Shown: one piece after another, positions 37,450 through 46,815 of the stretch | Layout: each line of letters begins with the position of its first letter | Numbering within the stretch: position 1 is the stretch's first letter | Notes under the pieces: model-generated | The model's database searches: none | Seen by the model: only the letters and a program-made list of their open reading frames with translations | Told to the model about the DNA's origin: nothing | Assembly (NCBI GenBank): GCA_039798005.1 | Contig: JBDKGV010000001.1 | Coordinates: 1 to 55,515 of the forward strand | Reading direction: 5' to 3' | DNA length: 55,515 nucleotides | DNA from: Fibrobacterota bacterium | GTDB lineage: Bacteria; Fibrobacterota; Fibrobacteria; UBA5070 | Position numbers and translations under genes: made by a program

Positions 37450-37860
37450 TTACAGCTTGGGGGTCTTCAGCTTGGCGGCGCCGGCGTCGATCTTCTTGTC
37501 GGTGGCGGCACCGGCCTTGTTGATCTTCTTGGCGGTGGTGTCGGCAACGGCCTTCAAGGCGGCGCTGTCCTTGGCGACTTCGGCCTTCACGGCGGCGTCA
37601 ACCTTGGCTTCGGCCTTGGCCTCGGCCTTGGCGGCGACGTTCTTGGCACCGGCCTTGGCGGCCTTGATGCTGTCGCCGGCGGCAGACTTCATGTCCTTGA
37701 CGCTGGGAGCCGAGACGGTCGAATCGACCTTCGGAGCGGTCACGGTCGGTGCGGTGACCGTCACGGCCGGAGCCGTGGCGGAAGCCTTGGGCAATCCCAG
37801 GGCGAAGACGGAAGCGGATGCAAACGAGACAACAAGAGCAAGGCGAACGGATGAGCGCAT
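37450..37860 (-). CDS. Secreted Ala/Lys-rich low-complexity protein
   Basis: Signal peptide MRSSVRLALVVSFASASVFA. The mature part is AK/AE-rich, with amphipathic repeats (AKAEAKAEAKVDAAVKAEVAKD…). Confidence 0.6.
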   Translation of the reverse strand: MRSSVRLALVVSFASASVFALGLPKASATAPAVTVTAPTVTAPKVDSTVSAPSVKDMKSAAGDSIKAAKAGAKNVAAKAEAKAEAKVDAAVKAEVAKDSAALKAVADTTAKKINKAGAATDKKIDAGAAKLKTPKL

Positions 37861-37955
37861 GAAGGACTCCAATTTGGTAAGGAACAATGCCGACAGGACT
37901 CGGCAGCATGAATCTTTAGATAGCCATTTTCACAAGGCTTCCAAAGGGGACAAGC

Positions 37956-39299
37956 TCAAAATCGCGGTGGACGCGGTCCCCAAGGATGAGCAGGCCGCTT
38001 GGGCCAAAGCTTGACAGGAGCCACGCGGCCAGCGACCAGTCGGCTCGAAGTGGTGTCCTTGAGATCCTTCCAGAGCGAATCCATCTCCGGGGCGGTGAGA
38101 TGCCCCCACGCCAGAAGCACCCTCGTCCCCGTCGTGTCGCTGCGGCTGATGCGGTTGCCCAGGCCGGAGACGCGCATGTCCCAGTACTGCTTGAAGCCGG
38201 CGGCTTGGGATCGGCTCTGCCAATCGATGATGGCGGCGGCGGCGTAGCGCTGGCTGTCCTTGCGCCACAGCCAGACCTGATCGCCATTCCAACCTTCCAC
38301 GGCGCTGCCGGAATTGCCCATGACCTTGCGGTTCATCGACATCAAGAGGGTATTGAGCATCAATTCGCCCATCTGGTCGAAACCCATGTTGGCCCAGCCT
38401 TCGAGGCGATTCATCGCACTCCATGTGCGGGTGGTGTCCCAAGTGCGGTACGGGGCATGACCGATCCCCTGCGCCGGATAAAGCACATGGTGGGTCGTCG
38501 CGGGAGGCGTCTCATGGAGCAGGTCCACGCCTGCCCACCCCTTGGCGCGGCGCACCTCATGCACGAACTTCGGCCCCCAATAGTAGGGCAGGAAACCGGG
38601 CAAGGTGTTGACCAGCGGGAGTTTCCCGTAAGTCGATTGATCGAGGAGGTCAGCCAGTTCCGTCATGTTCTGGAAGTCGTTGTCGGCATCGATCAGGGAA
38701 AGCGAAGGATTCCGGCGGTCGTAAAGCATCTGCGTGTACTCCGCATCGCCTTCCACCACCATGTTGTGGGCATACATTCCATCGAGGCTCGTGCTCCGGT
38801 CCTTGGCCAGATCGAAGTTCTGATCCTGGAGTGCGTGGACCAGCTCATGGGCCATGGTGGACCTTTGATCCTGGCTGCTGGCCTCGCTCACGATCCAGAG
38901 ATGATTGGTGCCCGGGACGTAGAACCCGACGATCGCCGAGCCGCTGAAGGAATTTTCCGCGCTGTCGTAGCTGGCCGGGCTTGCGGTGTAGCCAAGCCCA
39001 TAGGCCAGTTGCCCGAACGTCAAGTCGTCCGGCCCCGCTTCGCCTGGATTCGTGGCCGCCTCGATCGAATCGATCAAGGCCGGCAGATGAGCGCGGTTCA
39101 CGAAGGAGGCCTTCACCGGCTGCTTGAAGGCCAGTCCGCGCAAGGCGGCGATCTCGGAGGACAGGGAATTCACCTGCACCTGCAAGGCGGAATCGGAGAG
39201 ATCCAGCTTGACGGGGTCATTGGTGCCCTCAAGACCATAATTGATCTGTGCGCAACCGATGGACAGGAGAAGGGGCAGCACGATCATGGCGCGTTTCAT
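37956..39299 (-). CDS. Putative zinc metalloprotease lipoprotein (HExxH)
   Basis: MKRAMIVLPLLLSIGCAQ has a lipobox. The HELVHALQDQ zinc-binding motif is present. The longer listed ORF N-terminus is not needed. Confidence 0.65.
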   Translation of the reverse strand: MKRAMIVLPLLLSIGCAQINYGLEGTNDPVKLDLSDSALQVQVNSLSSEIAALRGLAFKQPVKASFVNRAHLPALIDSIEAATNPGEAGPDDLTFGQLAYGLGYTASPASYDSAENSFSGSAIVGFYVPGTNHLWIVSEASSQDQRSTMAHELVHALQDQNFDLAKDRSTSLDGMYAHNMVVEGDAEYTQMLYDRRNPSLSLIDADNDFQNMTELADLLDQSTYGKLPLVNTLPGFLPYYWGPKFVHEVRRAKGWAGVDLLHETPPATTHHVLYPAQGIGHAPYRTWDTTRTWSAMNRLEGWANMGFDQMGELMLNTLLMSMNRKVMGNSGSAVEGWNGDQVWLWRKDSQRYAAAAIIDWQSRSQAAGFKQYWDMRVSGLGNRISRSDTTGTRVLLAWGHLTAPEMDSLWKDLKDTTSSRLVAGRVAPVKLWPKRPAHPWGPRPPRF

Positions 39300-39363
39300 G
39301 CCCGAGAATCTAACTCTCGCAGGTCCAGTCCGCCCAAGGCTCATGTGATCCCTGATCACTGGA

Positions 39364-40494
39364 TCAGGAACGAAGGAGCGACTCGCAAAAGTCCTGCTGA
39401 CGGCGCGCCAGGGCATTCCACTTGAAGTTCCCGGCCCAAAGACGGGCGGCAAGGGACATCTCCTTGCGACGCGACTCGTCGCGCAGCAGTCCCAAGAGGG
39501 CTTGGGCGGTGTCGGCGGCGGCGCTTTCCTCCCTGTTCTTCACCAGGATTCCGGTCTTTCCGTCGCACACCGAATCCAGAAATCCATCCGCCGTGGTGGC
39601 CACCACCGGCAGCCCTGTGGCTTGCGCCTCGACACCCGCGATACACCAACCCTCGAAGCGGCTTGGCGAACAGAAGACCCAGCCCCGCGCAAGCAACGCG
39701 GCTTTTTGCGCATCCGAAACGTTGGTGTGCAGCTCCGTACTCCCGGCCGGAAGCGATTGCAGGCGCGCCCGGATCTCGGTGATCGTCTCGGGGCTTCCGC
39801 GACCGGCCAGGACCAGTCGAGCCGTCGGCAATTCCCGATGAACCGTGGCAAAGGCGGCGAACAGCCGATCCAACCCTTTCATGGCGATGTCCAGTCGCCC
39901 CACGAAAACCACGGTCGGACAGTCGGCAAGCATCGGTTCGACGGAAAGCAGGCTCTCCTCGATCCCGTTGGGGATGAATTCCACCCGCGCATCGGGGTTG
40001 ACCTCGCGGATGCGGGCCGCCACGGCATGGTTGACCGTGACGTAGTTGCGCCCTTTGGACAGGATCTGTCGTTCGTGCCAGTCCGCGACCAGCCCGAGCG
40101 GACCGTATTTGCGCCACGAATTCGACAGCCCGACGATGTGGTGCACCACCAGAAGCGTGGTTTCCTGGTGGGCAAGCAAGGCTGGCACCGGTGCGAAGAT
40201 CGAAGGCGATCCGGACACCACCGTATCGCGGCGATCCAAGGCGGTCAGCGCGCGCTGCGCCTGCGCCGAATATCCGAATCGGGAGATCCAGCGATTGGCC
40301 TTGCGCCAACCAAGCCACCGCGTCTTGGGCGCATCCTGCCCTTTGCCGTCACACTCGGGGAATGCCCCGCTCCAGAGCTCAACCTCCCAAGGCGCCGTGA
40401 AACGCTTGGCCATCTCCCAGTCGCGCAGGGCGCCTCCCCCGGCAAGCCAAGGGTTCCAGGGGGAATCGTAACTGAGATGGACGAGCCTTGGCAT
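39364..40494 (-). CDS. Glycosyltransferase family 4 (GT-B fold)
   Basis: Start at MPRLVHLSYDSPWNPWLAGGG. C-terminal EGWCIAGVEAQATGLPVVAT…DG.TG is the E-x7-E region. The upstream 112 codons of the listed ORF are a translation of repeat R1-A. Confidence 0.8.
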   Translation of the reverse strand: MPRLVHLSYDSPWNPWLAGGGALRDWEMAKRFTAPWEVELWSGAFPECDGKGQDAPKTRWLGWRKANRWISRFGYSAQAQRALTALDRRDTVVSGSPSIFAPVPALLAHQETTLLVVHHIVGLSNSWRKYGPLGLVADWHERQILSKGRNYVTVNHAVAARIREVNPDARVEFIPNGIEESLLSVEPMLADCPTVVFVGRLDIAMKGLDRLFAAFATVHRELPTARLVLAGRGSPETITEIRARLQSLPAGSTELHTNVSDAQKAALLARGWVFCSPSRFEGWCIAGVEAQATGLPVVATTADGFLDSVCDGKTGILVKNREESAAADTAQALLGLLRDESRRKEMSLAARLWAGNFKWNALARRQQDFCESLLRS

Positions 40495-40564
40495 AGCGGC
40501 TGAATGTAGCTCCACATGACTTTTGCACGGCGTGCGGCTGTCATGGGATTGAACTACGTTCTGC

Positions 40565-40768
40565 CGTTGTTCTGGACCTCCGGCCCAGACCCGGCCAAAG
40601 GGGCTTTCGTGCCCCTTTGGAAACCACGACCAGGGGTTACACCCCTTGGAACCCAGCAAAAGGATCGCAGGCAGTGAGCGGCAGCGGCCAGGAGATCTTA
40701 CGAAACCCGCTAGCGAAGGCGAGGCGCCTTCGACGCAGGACCCAATGACCAAAGTGCGATCCGCGACG
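40565..40768 (+). repeat. Structured intergenic repeat, family R1, copy A (~200 nt; possible ncRNA or MITE)
   Basis: Collinear with the reverse complement of 45826-46033 at high identity. It carries three hairpins: tctggacc/ggcccaga, ccaaagggg/cccctttgg and ccagggg/cccc(t)tgg. A gcgaaggcg/cgccttcg(a)c hairpin follows. Confidence 0.75.
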
Positions 40769-40888
40769 GCGTAACGGCCGTGATCAGCAGCCCGGTGCCG
40801 CGCAGCGGCAGGCGCCCTTGCCTTTTGCAATTCAATTCATATATTGCATATAGGTTTAATTGATAGATCCAGCCACGGAGCAAGATCC

Positions 40889-41953
40889 ATGAGCATTTCC
40901 ATCCAGTCGGTGAACAAGACCTTTGGCGCTTTCAAGGCGCTGGACGATGTGTCGCTTGAGATCCCCGATGGCGAACTGGTTGCGCTGCTGGGCCCTTCGG
41001 GCGGCGGCAAGACCACGCTCCTGCGCAGCATCGCGGGGCTCGAGGTGCCGGACTCCGGCAAGATCCTCTTCGGCGGCCAGGACGCGACCCTCCAGAAGCC
41101 GCAAGACCGCGGCGTGGGCTTCGTGTTCCAGCACTACGCGCTTTTCCGGCACATGACCGTTGCGGAAAACATCGCCTTCGGGCTGCGCGTGAAGCCTCGC
41201 AAGGAACGCCCCTCCGACGAGGCGATCAAGGCATCGGTCGACGAACTTCTCAAACTCATCCAGCTCGATTGGATCGCTGATCGCTACCCCGACGAACTTT
41301 CGGGCGGCCAGCGTCAGCGCGTGGCCCTGGCCCGTGCCTTGGCGCCCAAGCCCACCTTCCTGCTGCTGGACGAGCCCTTCGGCGCGCTCGACACCAAGGT
41401 GCGCAAGGAACTGCGCCGCTGGCTGCGCCAGCTCCACGAGGAGCTCAAGATGACCTCGATCTTCGTGACCCACGACCAGGAGGAGGCGCTGGAGCTGGCC
41501 GACCGCGTGGTGGTGATGATGAAAGGCAAGGTCGCGCAGAGCGGCACCCCCGACGAGGTCTACGACCATCCCGTCTCGGCCGACGTCTACCAGTTCCTGG
41601 GCGATGTGAACCTGTTCCACGGCCGCGTCTCGGACGGTTCGTTCCTGCACCTGCCGACCTCCCCGGAGGCTGGTCTGCCCGCCGAGGGAGCCACCGCCTT
41701 CGTGCGTCCACACGAGCTGGACGTGGAGCGCTTCGCCACCTCGGACGCCTCGATTCCGGCCACCCTCCTGCACTCCTACTCGTTGGGCTCGAAGGTGCGC
41801 CTGGAACTGCGCCGTCAGGACACCGAGGAGTTCCTTGAGGCCGAGCTGACCCGCGATCGCTACCGCAACCTGGGTCTGGCCGCCGGCGACAAGGTCTTCG
41901 TGACCCTCCAGCAACTGCGCGTGTTCCGCACCGGCGAAGAAGTGACGATCTGA
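40889..41953 (+). CDS. cysA: Sulfate/thiosulfate-type ABC transporter ATP-binding protein
   Basis: Walker [10 protein letters not shown], signature [15 protein letters not shown], Walker [12 protein letters not shown], and a C-terminal TOBE-like regulatory domain. It is followed by a sulfate-binding protein gene. Confidence 0.8.
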   Translation: MSISIQSVNKTFGAFKALDDVSLEIPDGELVALLGPSGGGKTTLLRSIAGLEVPDSGKILFGGQDATLQKPQDRGVGFVFQHYALFRHMTVAENIAFGLRVKPRKERPSDEAIKASVDELLKLIQLDWIADRYPDELSGGQRQRVALARALAPKPTFLLLDEPFGALDTKVRKELRRWLRQLHEELKMTSIFVTHDQEEALELADRVVVMMKGKVAQSGTPDEVYDHPVSADVYQFLGDVNLFHGRVSDGSFLHLPTSPEAGLPAEGATAFVRPHELDVERFATSDASIPATLLHSYSLGSKVRLELRRQDTEEFLEAELTRDRYRNLGLAAGDKVFVTLQQLRVFRTGEEVTI

Positions 41954-43005
41954 TGCCGTACATGAACGACCCCGTTCGTCCTGAGGCTCTCGAAGGATGG
42001 ACGGGAGGCGGCCTTCGCCGACTCCTCGCGCTGGTCCTCGTGTCCGCCACCCTCTCCCAAGCACGCATCGTCGAGATCCTCAACCTTTCCTTCGACCCGA
42101 CTCGCAGGCTCTACCAAGATATCGGGAAAGGCTTCGCCGCCCAGTGGAAGGCCAAGACCGGCGAGACCGTGAAGATCCTGCAGTCGCATGGCGGCTCGGG
42201 GAAGCAAGCGCGCTCGGTGATCGATGGCATCCCCGCCGACGTGGTGACGCTTGCCTTGGGCTATGACATCGACGCCATCGCGACCAAGGGAAAGCTCCTG
42301 GATGCGAATTGGCAGAACCGCCTGCCCAACCGCTCCACGCCGTTCCAGAGCACCATCGTCTTCCTGGTGCGCAAGGGGAATCCCAAGCACATCCGGGATT
42401 GGTCAGATCTTGTCAAACCCGACGTTGCGGTGATCACCCCCAACCCCAAGACCTCCGGCGGGGCCCGCTGGAACCACTTGGCCGCGTGGGCATGGGCGAT
42501 CCGGCAGCCGGGCGGCAATGAGGCCAGCGCCACGGCGTTTGTGAAGAACTTGTACGCCCATGTCCCCATCTTGGATGCGGGCGCGCGCGGCGCCACCATG
42601 ACCTTCGTGCAGCGGGCGATGGGCGATGCGCTCATCACCTGGGAGAACGAGGCGATCATGGCCCGCGAGAAGCTGGGTCGCGACAAGTTCGAGATCATCT
42701 ATCCGTCCATCTCGATCCTGGCCGAACCTCCCGTGGCCGTGGTGGACAAGGTCGTGAAGCGGCGCCATACCGAGGCGGTCTCCAAGGCCTATGTTGAATA
42801 CCTCTACACCCCGGCTGCCCAGGAGATCGCCGCCCGCTACGGCTTCCGCGCCCTGGACACCGCCGTGGCCCGCCGCCACGCCGCGCAGTTCCCGAACCTC
42901 CAGCTCGTGCGCCTCACGGAACTGGGCAAGGACTGGCAGGAACTCCAGAAGAAGCACTTCGAGGACGGCGGCCTGTTCGACAAGATCTACGCCGTGAAGA
43001 AGTAG
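41953..43005 (+). CDS. Sulfate ABC transporter periplasmic substrate-binding protein (Sbp/CysP family)
   Basis: ILNLSFDPTRRLYQDIGKGF…SHGGSGKQARSVIDGIPADVVTLAL..D…TPNPKTSGGARW are typical Sbp/CysP motifs. There is a 1-nt overlap with the cysA stop. Confidence 0.8.
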   Translation: MPYMNDPVRPEALEGWTGGGLRRLLALVLVSATLSQARIVEILNLSFDPTRRLYQDIGKGFAAQWKAKTGETVKILQSHGGSGKQARSVIDGIPADVVTLALGYDIDAIATKGKLLDANWQNRLPNRSTPFQSTIVFLVRKGNPKHIRDWSDLVKPDVAVITPNPKTSGGARWNHLAAWAWAIRQPGGNEASATAFVKNLYAHVPILDAGARGATMTFVQRAMGDALITWENEAIMAREKLGRDKFEIIYPSISILAEPPVAVVDKVVKRRHTEAVSKAYVEYLYTPAAQEIAARYGFRALDTAVARRHAAQFPNLQLVRLTELGKDWQELQKKHFEDGGLFDKIYAVKK

Positions 43006-43039
43006 GGCGCCTCCCCCGCTTTCCTCCACAATGCGTGCA

Positions 43040-43122
43040 ACGCGGGGCCGCCCTCCTCCGGGCTCGCGCAGTCGCGCTCAGTGCTGCGCACTGCCTACGG
43101 CACCCTCCGTCCGGCTGGCGCG
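43040..43122 (+). repeat. GC-rich intergenic repeat, family R2, copy b
   Basis: ggccgccctcctccgggctcgc…agtgctgcgcact…ccctccgtccggctggcgcg. It lies between convergent genes. Confidence 0.6.
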
Positions 43123-43138
43123 GTACAGCTAGGCTGGA

Positions 43139-45427
43139 TTAGAAGGGGGCTCGTTCGATCTGAATCCTGTCCAGCAGCAGGGCGCCTCGGAAGGAGCTGG
43201 AGAGGCCAGCGACAGGATTCATCTCCTGGGCAAGCGGCTCAGAGGACGGTTGCAGGACGGACCAGCGGAACTTGTTGATGCTTGACTTGGCGAAGGCGGC
43301 ATCTCGGTTGACGTTATGCCGCCAAGTGATATCGCTGTTGGAATGAGAGATTGATCCCCACCATTTGCTCAAGCCAAGGGCGTTCATGGAGCTCGATCTC
43401 CCGTTCCCGTAGCTGTCGACCTGGACCCAGCTCGGGGTTTTGGGGCTGAAGTTGGTCGAGTCGGCGATCTTGAGGATGGCCTCCACGGGATACCAGAAGG
43501 CGGAGAGAGTATAGGAATACTGCCTCCAGACGGTGTCCAGTGGAACGATCACGCGCTGGAATGCATCGAGGTATCCCGCATTCGTGTTGTCCAGGTTGGA
43601 ATGGGCGTATTCAAACATCATGGGGACGCTGGTGGCCGTGTTGCCGGGAGCGGGCTCGAAACGAGCCCAGAAGTTCATGCGGATGGCCTTGCTCATGAAG
43701 CTCCCCGGCACGAGTGCATAGATGCCCGCGTAGCCGGGGCCGTTGAAAGGATCAGCCAAGCCTGCCATGCTCGAGGCATGGAGGTCGAAGTCCATGCGGG
43801 CGACGTGCGTGCCCAGGAAGGCGGGATCCCCGATCCGGGTCGGTGTCGGTAGCTGGAAGTGGCCCTTGGTGATGCTGCATCCCGGGGTTCCGGTGGCGTT
43901 CGTGCCAGTGGCGCAACCAAAGGGTTGGAACGGCTTTCCCCAGAGGGTGACAGCTTTGCCGGACTCGAAATCAGCGAGAGGGATCGTGTCCCCAAGGGGG
44001 ATGTAGGAACGACTGGATAGAGGAGAAGAAATCCAGCCCTGCCGGACGGCCATAGCCCGAATCATTGCGCTTCGGCCCAAGCCGATCGGCCCTGTATAGA
44101 CCTGCGTGGTTCCACTTGGAGGGTTGGTCGGAATGGTGGAGTCTGTGGTGTAAAGGATCGAGCTTCCCGGAACCGTGTTGGTCACGCTTACCAAGACGGC
44201 TCCATCGTAGATGCCGGAGTCGGGGCTGAAGCTCAGAGCGGGAAGCGCCAAGGTGAAATGACCGGAGTCGATGGCGCTTGGTGCCCAACCGTCACGGCAA
44301 ACGATGGCTTTGATCTTTTGGCTTGAATCGACCTTCAAGGGCGTGACGTAGCGAAGGCTTGTGCAGGTAGGATCCATGCCGTCGTTTGCGTAGTGGATCG
44401 AACCTCCGGGAGTGGAGGTCGACAGGCTCAGGTCCTGCGAAGAGGTGTAGAGACCGCTGCGAGTGGAAAATATCGCCGCTGTTGCGGCAAATCCGATTTG
44501 GAGAGAATTGATCTGGCTAGGCAGGTATCCGGGAGCGCAGCCGATGGCCTTGACCTGAACGGAGGAATCGATGTTGAGAGCGCCAGAATAGAGGCGGTCC
44601 TGGCAGGAGGGATCGGAACCGTCCAAGGCATAGTGAATCGTTGAACCGGGAGTCTTCCCATGGATTTCAAGGGTCTTGAAATCCGGAAAATTTCCATCGT
44701 TCAAGGAAAACGTCGGAGTCAGGGTCGTTGGCAAGATGGGCGCCGTTTGACGTGAAATCCTGACCGTATCCGACGAACTGTTGCCGGCCTTGTCGGAGGC
44801 GCAAAGGACTGCCAGGATCGTTTCCCCTGAAGCGATCGTGCCACGATGGACATAGCGCCCATCGACGTTGGCGCTCACCTGGCCATTCACGTCCACCCGC
44901 GCAAGCGAGTCGTCAACCACGATCCAATCGATCTGGAAGGTGGAGTCATCGAACCCAAGAGAGGTATCGCGCGTCAAAGCGAAGATCTTAGGACCTGATG
45001 TATCCTGTGGCAAAAGCAGAACGCGGATACTTGCGATGAGAGGAACGGCACTGTTCCGCGAGGAACCGTCCAAGGTCCCGGTCCAGATCCTGCTCGTGCT
45101 GCCATTGTTCCGGATTTTGATTCCATCCAAGGTCAGGTGGAATGCATTTCCTTGAGGCAAGGCAAGCCTGAGTGAATCAAACCGAGTCACCGAAAGGGTG
45201 CTGTCGAACCGGACAGAATCCGGAGACATGGTGGAAAAATGAATGTGAATGGAGTCTGTCGCTGGGAGCACATCTCCATCAGACAAGTGCAATACAGGAT
45301 GGAGATAAGCGCTGTTGGTGGTTTGGGACTGAACGGCCGAATGAGGCGTCTCCGTGTCGTCGCATGAGATCAGGACTAGCGAGACAAGCAGAGCGAAAAG
45401 GGGAAATTTCATAAACTCGACCTTCAT
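43139..45427 (-). CDS. Large surface lipoprotein with three chitobiase/hexosaminidase-C-like (CHB_HEX_C_1-type) repeats and a C-terminal CBM-like domain
   Basis: MKVEFMKFPLFALLVSLVLISCDD has a lipobox. Three repeats are present: IHYALDGSDPSC…VKAIGCAPGYLPS, IHYANDGMDPTC…IKAIVCRDGWAPS and ILYTTDSTIP…IRAMAVRQGWISS. The C-terminal ~280 aa has beta-sandwich-like composition. Confidence 0.65.
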   Translation of the reverse strand: MKVEFMKFPLFALLVSLVLISCDDTETPHSAVQSQTTNSAYLHPVLHLSDGDVLPATDSIHIHFSTMSPDSVRFDSTLSVTRFDSLRLALPQGNAFHLTLDGIKIRNNGSTSRIWTGTLDGSSRNSAVPLIASIRVLLLPQDTSGPKIFALTRDTSLGFDDSTFQIDWIVVDDSLARVDVNGQVSANVDGRYVHRGTIASGETILAVLCASDKAGNSSSDTVRISRQTAPILPTTLTPTFSLNDGNFPDFKTLEIHGKTPGSTIHYALDGSDPSCQDRLYSGALNIDSSVQVKAIGCAPGYLPSQINSLQIGFAATAAIFSTRSGLYTSSQDLSLSTSTPGGSIHYANDGMDPTCTSLRYVTPLKVDSSQKIKAIVCRDGWAPSAIDSGHFTLALPALSFSPDSGIYDGAVLVSVTNTVPGSSILYTTDSTIPTNPPSGTTQVYTGPIGLGRSAMIRAMAVRQGWISSPLSSRSYIPLGDTIPLADFESGKAVTLWGKPFQPFGCATGTNATGTPGCSITKGHFQLPTPTRIGDPAFLGTHVARMDFDLHASSMAGLADPFNGPGYAGIYALVPGSFMSKAIRMNFWARFEPAPGNTATSVPMMFEYAHSNLDNTNAGYLDAFQRVIVPLDTVWRQYSYTLSAFWYPVEAILKIADSTNFSPKTPSWVQVDSYGNGRSSSMNALGLSKWWGSISHSNSDITWRHNVNRDAAFAKSSINKFRWSVLQPSSEPLAQEMNPVAGLSSSFRGALLLDRIQIERAPF

Positions 45428-45565
45428 GGTTGCCGGATGAAGCGCAAAGCTCAGGGCCTCACTCGCCTCCGTGTCACTGCGCCTGAATATATATCCGAGT
45501 ATAGCGGCCTGGTCGCCAGCAGAGCACTCCTATCGCGGCATTCGATTTTTTGCACTTCGTGCCTA

Positions 45566-45660
45566 TTGCTCTGGACCCTCCCGGTCCAGACCAGGGCCAA
45601 AGGGATGCCGCCATCCCTTTGGAAACCACCGCCAGCCGTTCCGCCGGCTGGACCCACGGA
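45566..45660 (+). repeat. Structured intergenic repeat, family R1, copy B (short variant)
   Basis: It has the same three hairpins as copies A and C, with compensatory changes: tctggacc/ggtccaga, ccaaaggga/tccctttgg and ccagccg/cggctgg. It then jumps to the ggacccacgg segment and lacks the central ~95 nt. Confidence 0.65.
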
Positions 45661-45825
45661 TTTCCGCAGCCACTTCGCGAGTCTTGCCACCACTTCGATC
45701 AGCAACCTTGCGACTCAACCGGTCACAATGCACCCCGCGCGATCAGGATCGCACACGGGGACCCCAATTCCGGGGAATGCCAAGATCTCGGGCTTCGCCC
45801 TCGTTTGTAACGTAATGCAGTTGCT

Positions 45826-46033
45826 CGTTGCGACTTCCCACTTCGGCCCGTGGGTCCCGCGTCGAAGGCGCATCGCCTTCGCTAGCGGGTTTCGTAAGCT
45901 CTCCTGACCGCTGCGGTCCACTGCCAGCGATCCTTTTGCTGGGTTCCAAGGGGTGGAACCCCTGGCGGTGGTTTCCAAAGGGCCACCGCAGGCCCTTTGG
46001 CCCGGGTCTGGGCCGGGAAGGCCCAGAACAACG
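45826..46033 (-). repeat. Structured intergenic repeat, family R1, copy C (inverted relative to A and B)
   Basis: Its reverse complement aligns end to end with 40565-40768. Differences fall mainly in hairpin loops or as paired stem changes. Confidence 0.75.
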
Positions 46034-46136
46034 CGCATAAATAGATCTGCATCTGAAAACACTGATGGGCAGGAGAGGATGAGCCCACAACGCACAGACT
46101 CGTGCAGTCCGCAAATTGATACCTTTCCCCCCTTCC

Positions 46137-46811
46137 ATGGAATACGACCTCCAACTCGGGCCGCAAGGCATTTTCCTGTCCCTTGAAGGGGTCGACGGCT
46201 CGGGCAAGAGCACCCAAGCCGCGCGCTTGGCAGACTCCTTGCGCGAGGAGGGCTTCACCGTGGAACTTCTTCGCGAACCCGGCGGCACCGCCTTGGGCGA
46301 GAAGTTGCGCGAGGTCCTGCTCTCCCGCAGCGAGATCCGGATCGGAACCTCGGCGGAGCTCCTCCTGTTCAACGCCGCCCGCGCCCAGTTGCTGGAGGAA
46401 CGCATCGTTCCCGCCCTCAAGGCAGGGCATGTGGTGATCCTCGATCGCTTCTGCGATTCCACCTTCGCCTACCAAGGCTACGGGCGCCGCCTTCCCGAAG
46501 GCTACTTGGATGCCTTGGAAACCTGGGTCGTGGGCGAATGGCAACCGGCCCGGACCTGGCTTCTGGATGTACCACCCGAGGTCTCGCGCGCCCGACGCGA
46601 GGTGCGGGGCGAAACCGCCGACCGTTTTGAAGCCGAGGCGGAGAGCTTTCGGGCCCGCGTCCGCGAAGGGTATCTCGAGCGCGCGCGACGATTTCCGGCT
46701 CGCGTGAAGGTTCTGGACGGATCCTTGGGTCCAAACGAGGTCTTTTCGTCGATTCGTGACGATCTGGCGGTATTTCTGGGTGCGCCACCGCCGGGACGTG
46801 GTATAGTTTAA
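46137..46811 (+). CDS. tmk: Thymidylate kinase
   Basis: P-loop region GIFLSLEGVDGSGKSTQ, plus REPGGT, DRFCDSTFAYQGYGR and a lid region. The start is the ATG at 46137; a TTG at 46116 is also possible. Confidence 0.9.
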   Translation: MEYDLQLGPQGIFLSLEGVDGSGKSTQAARLADSLREEGFTVELLREPGGTALGEKLREVLLSRSEIRIGTSAELLLFNAARAQLLEERIVPALKAGHVVILDRFCDSTFAYQGYGRRLPEGYLDALETWVVGEWQPARTWLLDVPPEVSRARREVRGETADRFEAEAESFRARVREGYLERARRFPARVKVLDGSLGPNEVFSSIRDDLAVFLGAPPPGRGIV

Positions 46812-46815
46812 AGTC

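Noticed and set aside
40495-40830. N-terminal 112-codon extension of the glycosyltransferase ORF, and the ORFs 45437..45907, 45828..46040 and 45743..46462.
   Set aside because: They are translations of the R1 repeat copies. Their peptide similarity (…EGASPSLAGFV.SP.RC..LPAILLLGSKG.NPW.WFPKGH…) simply mirrors nucleotide identity. The substitutions preserve hairpins rather than codons.
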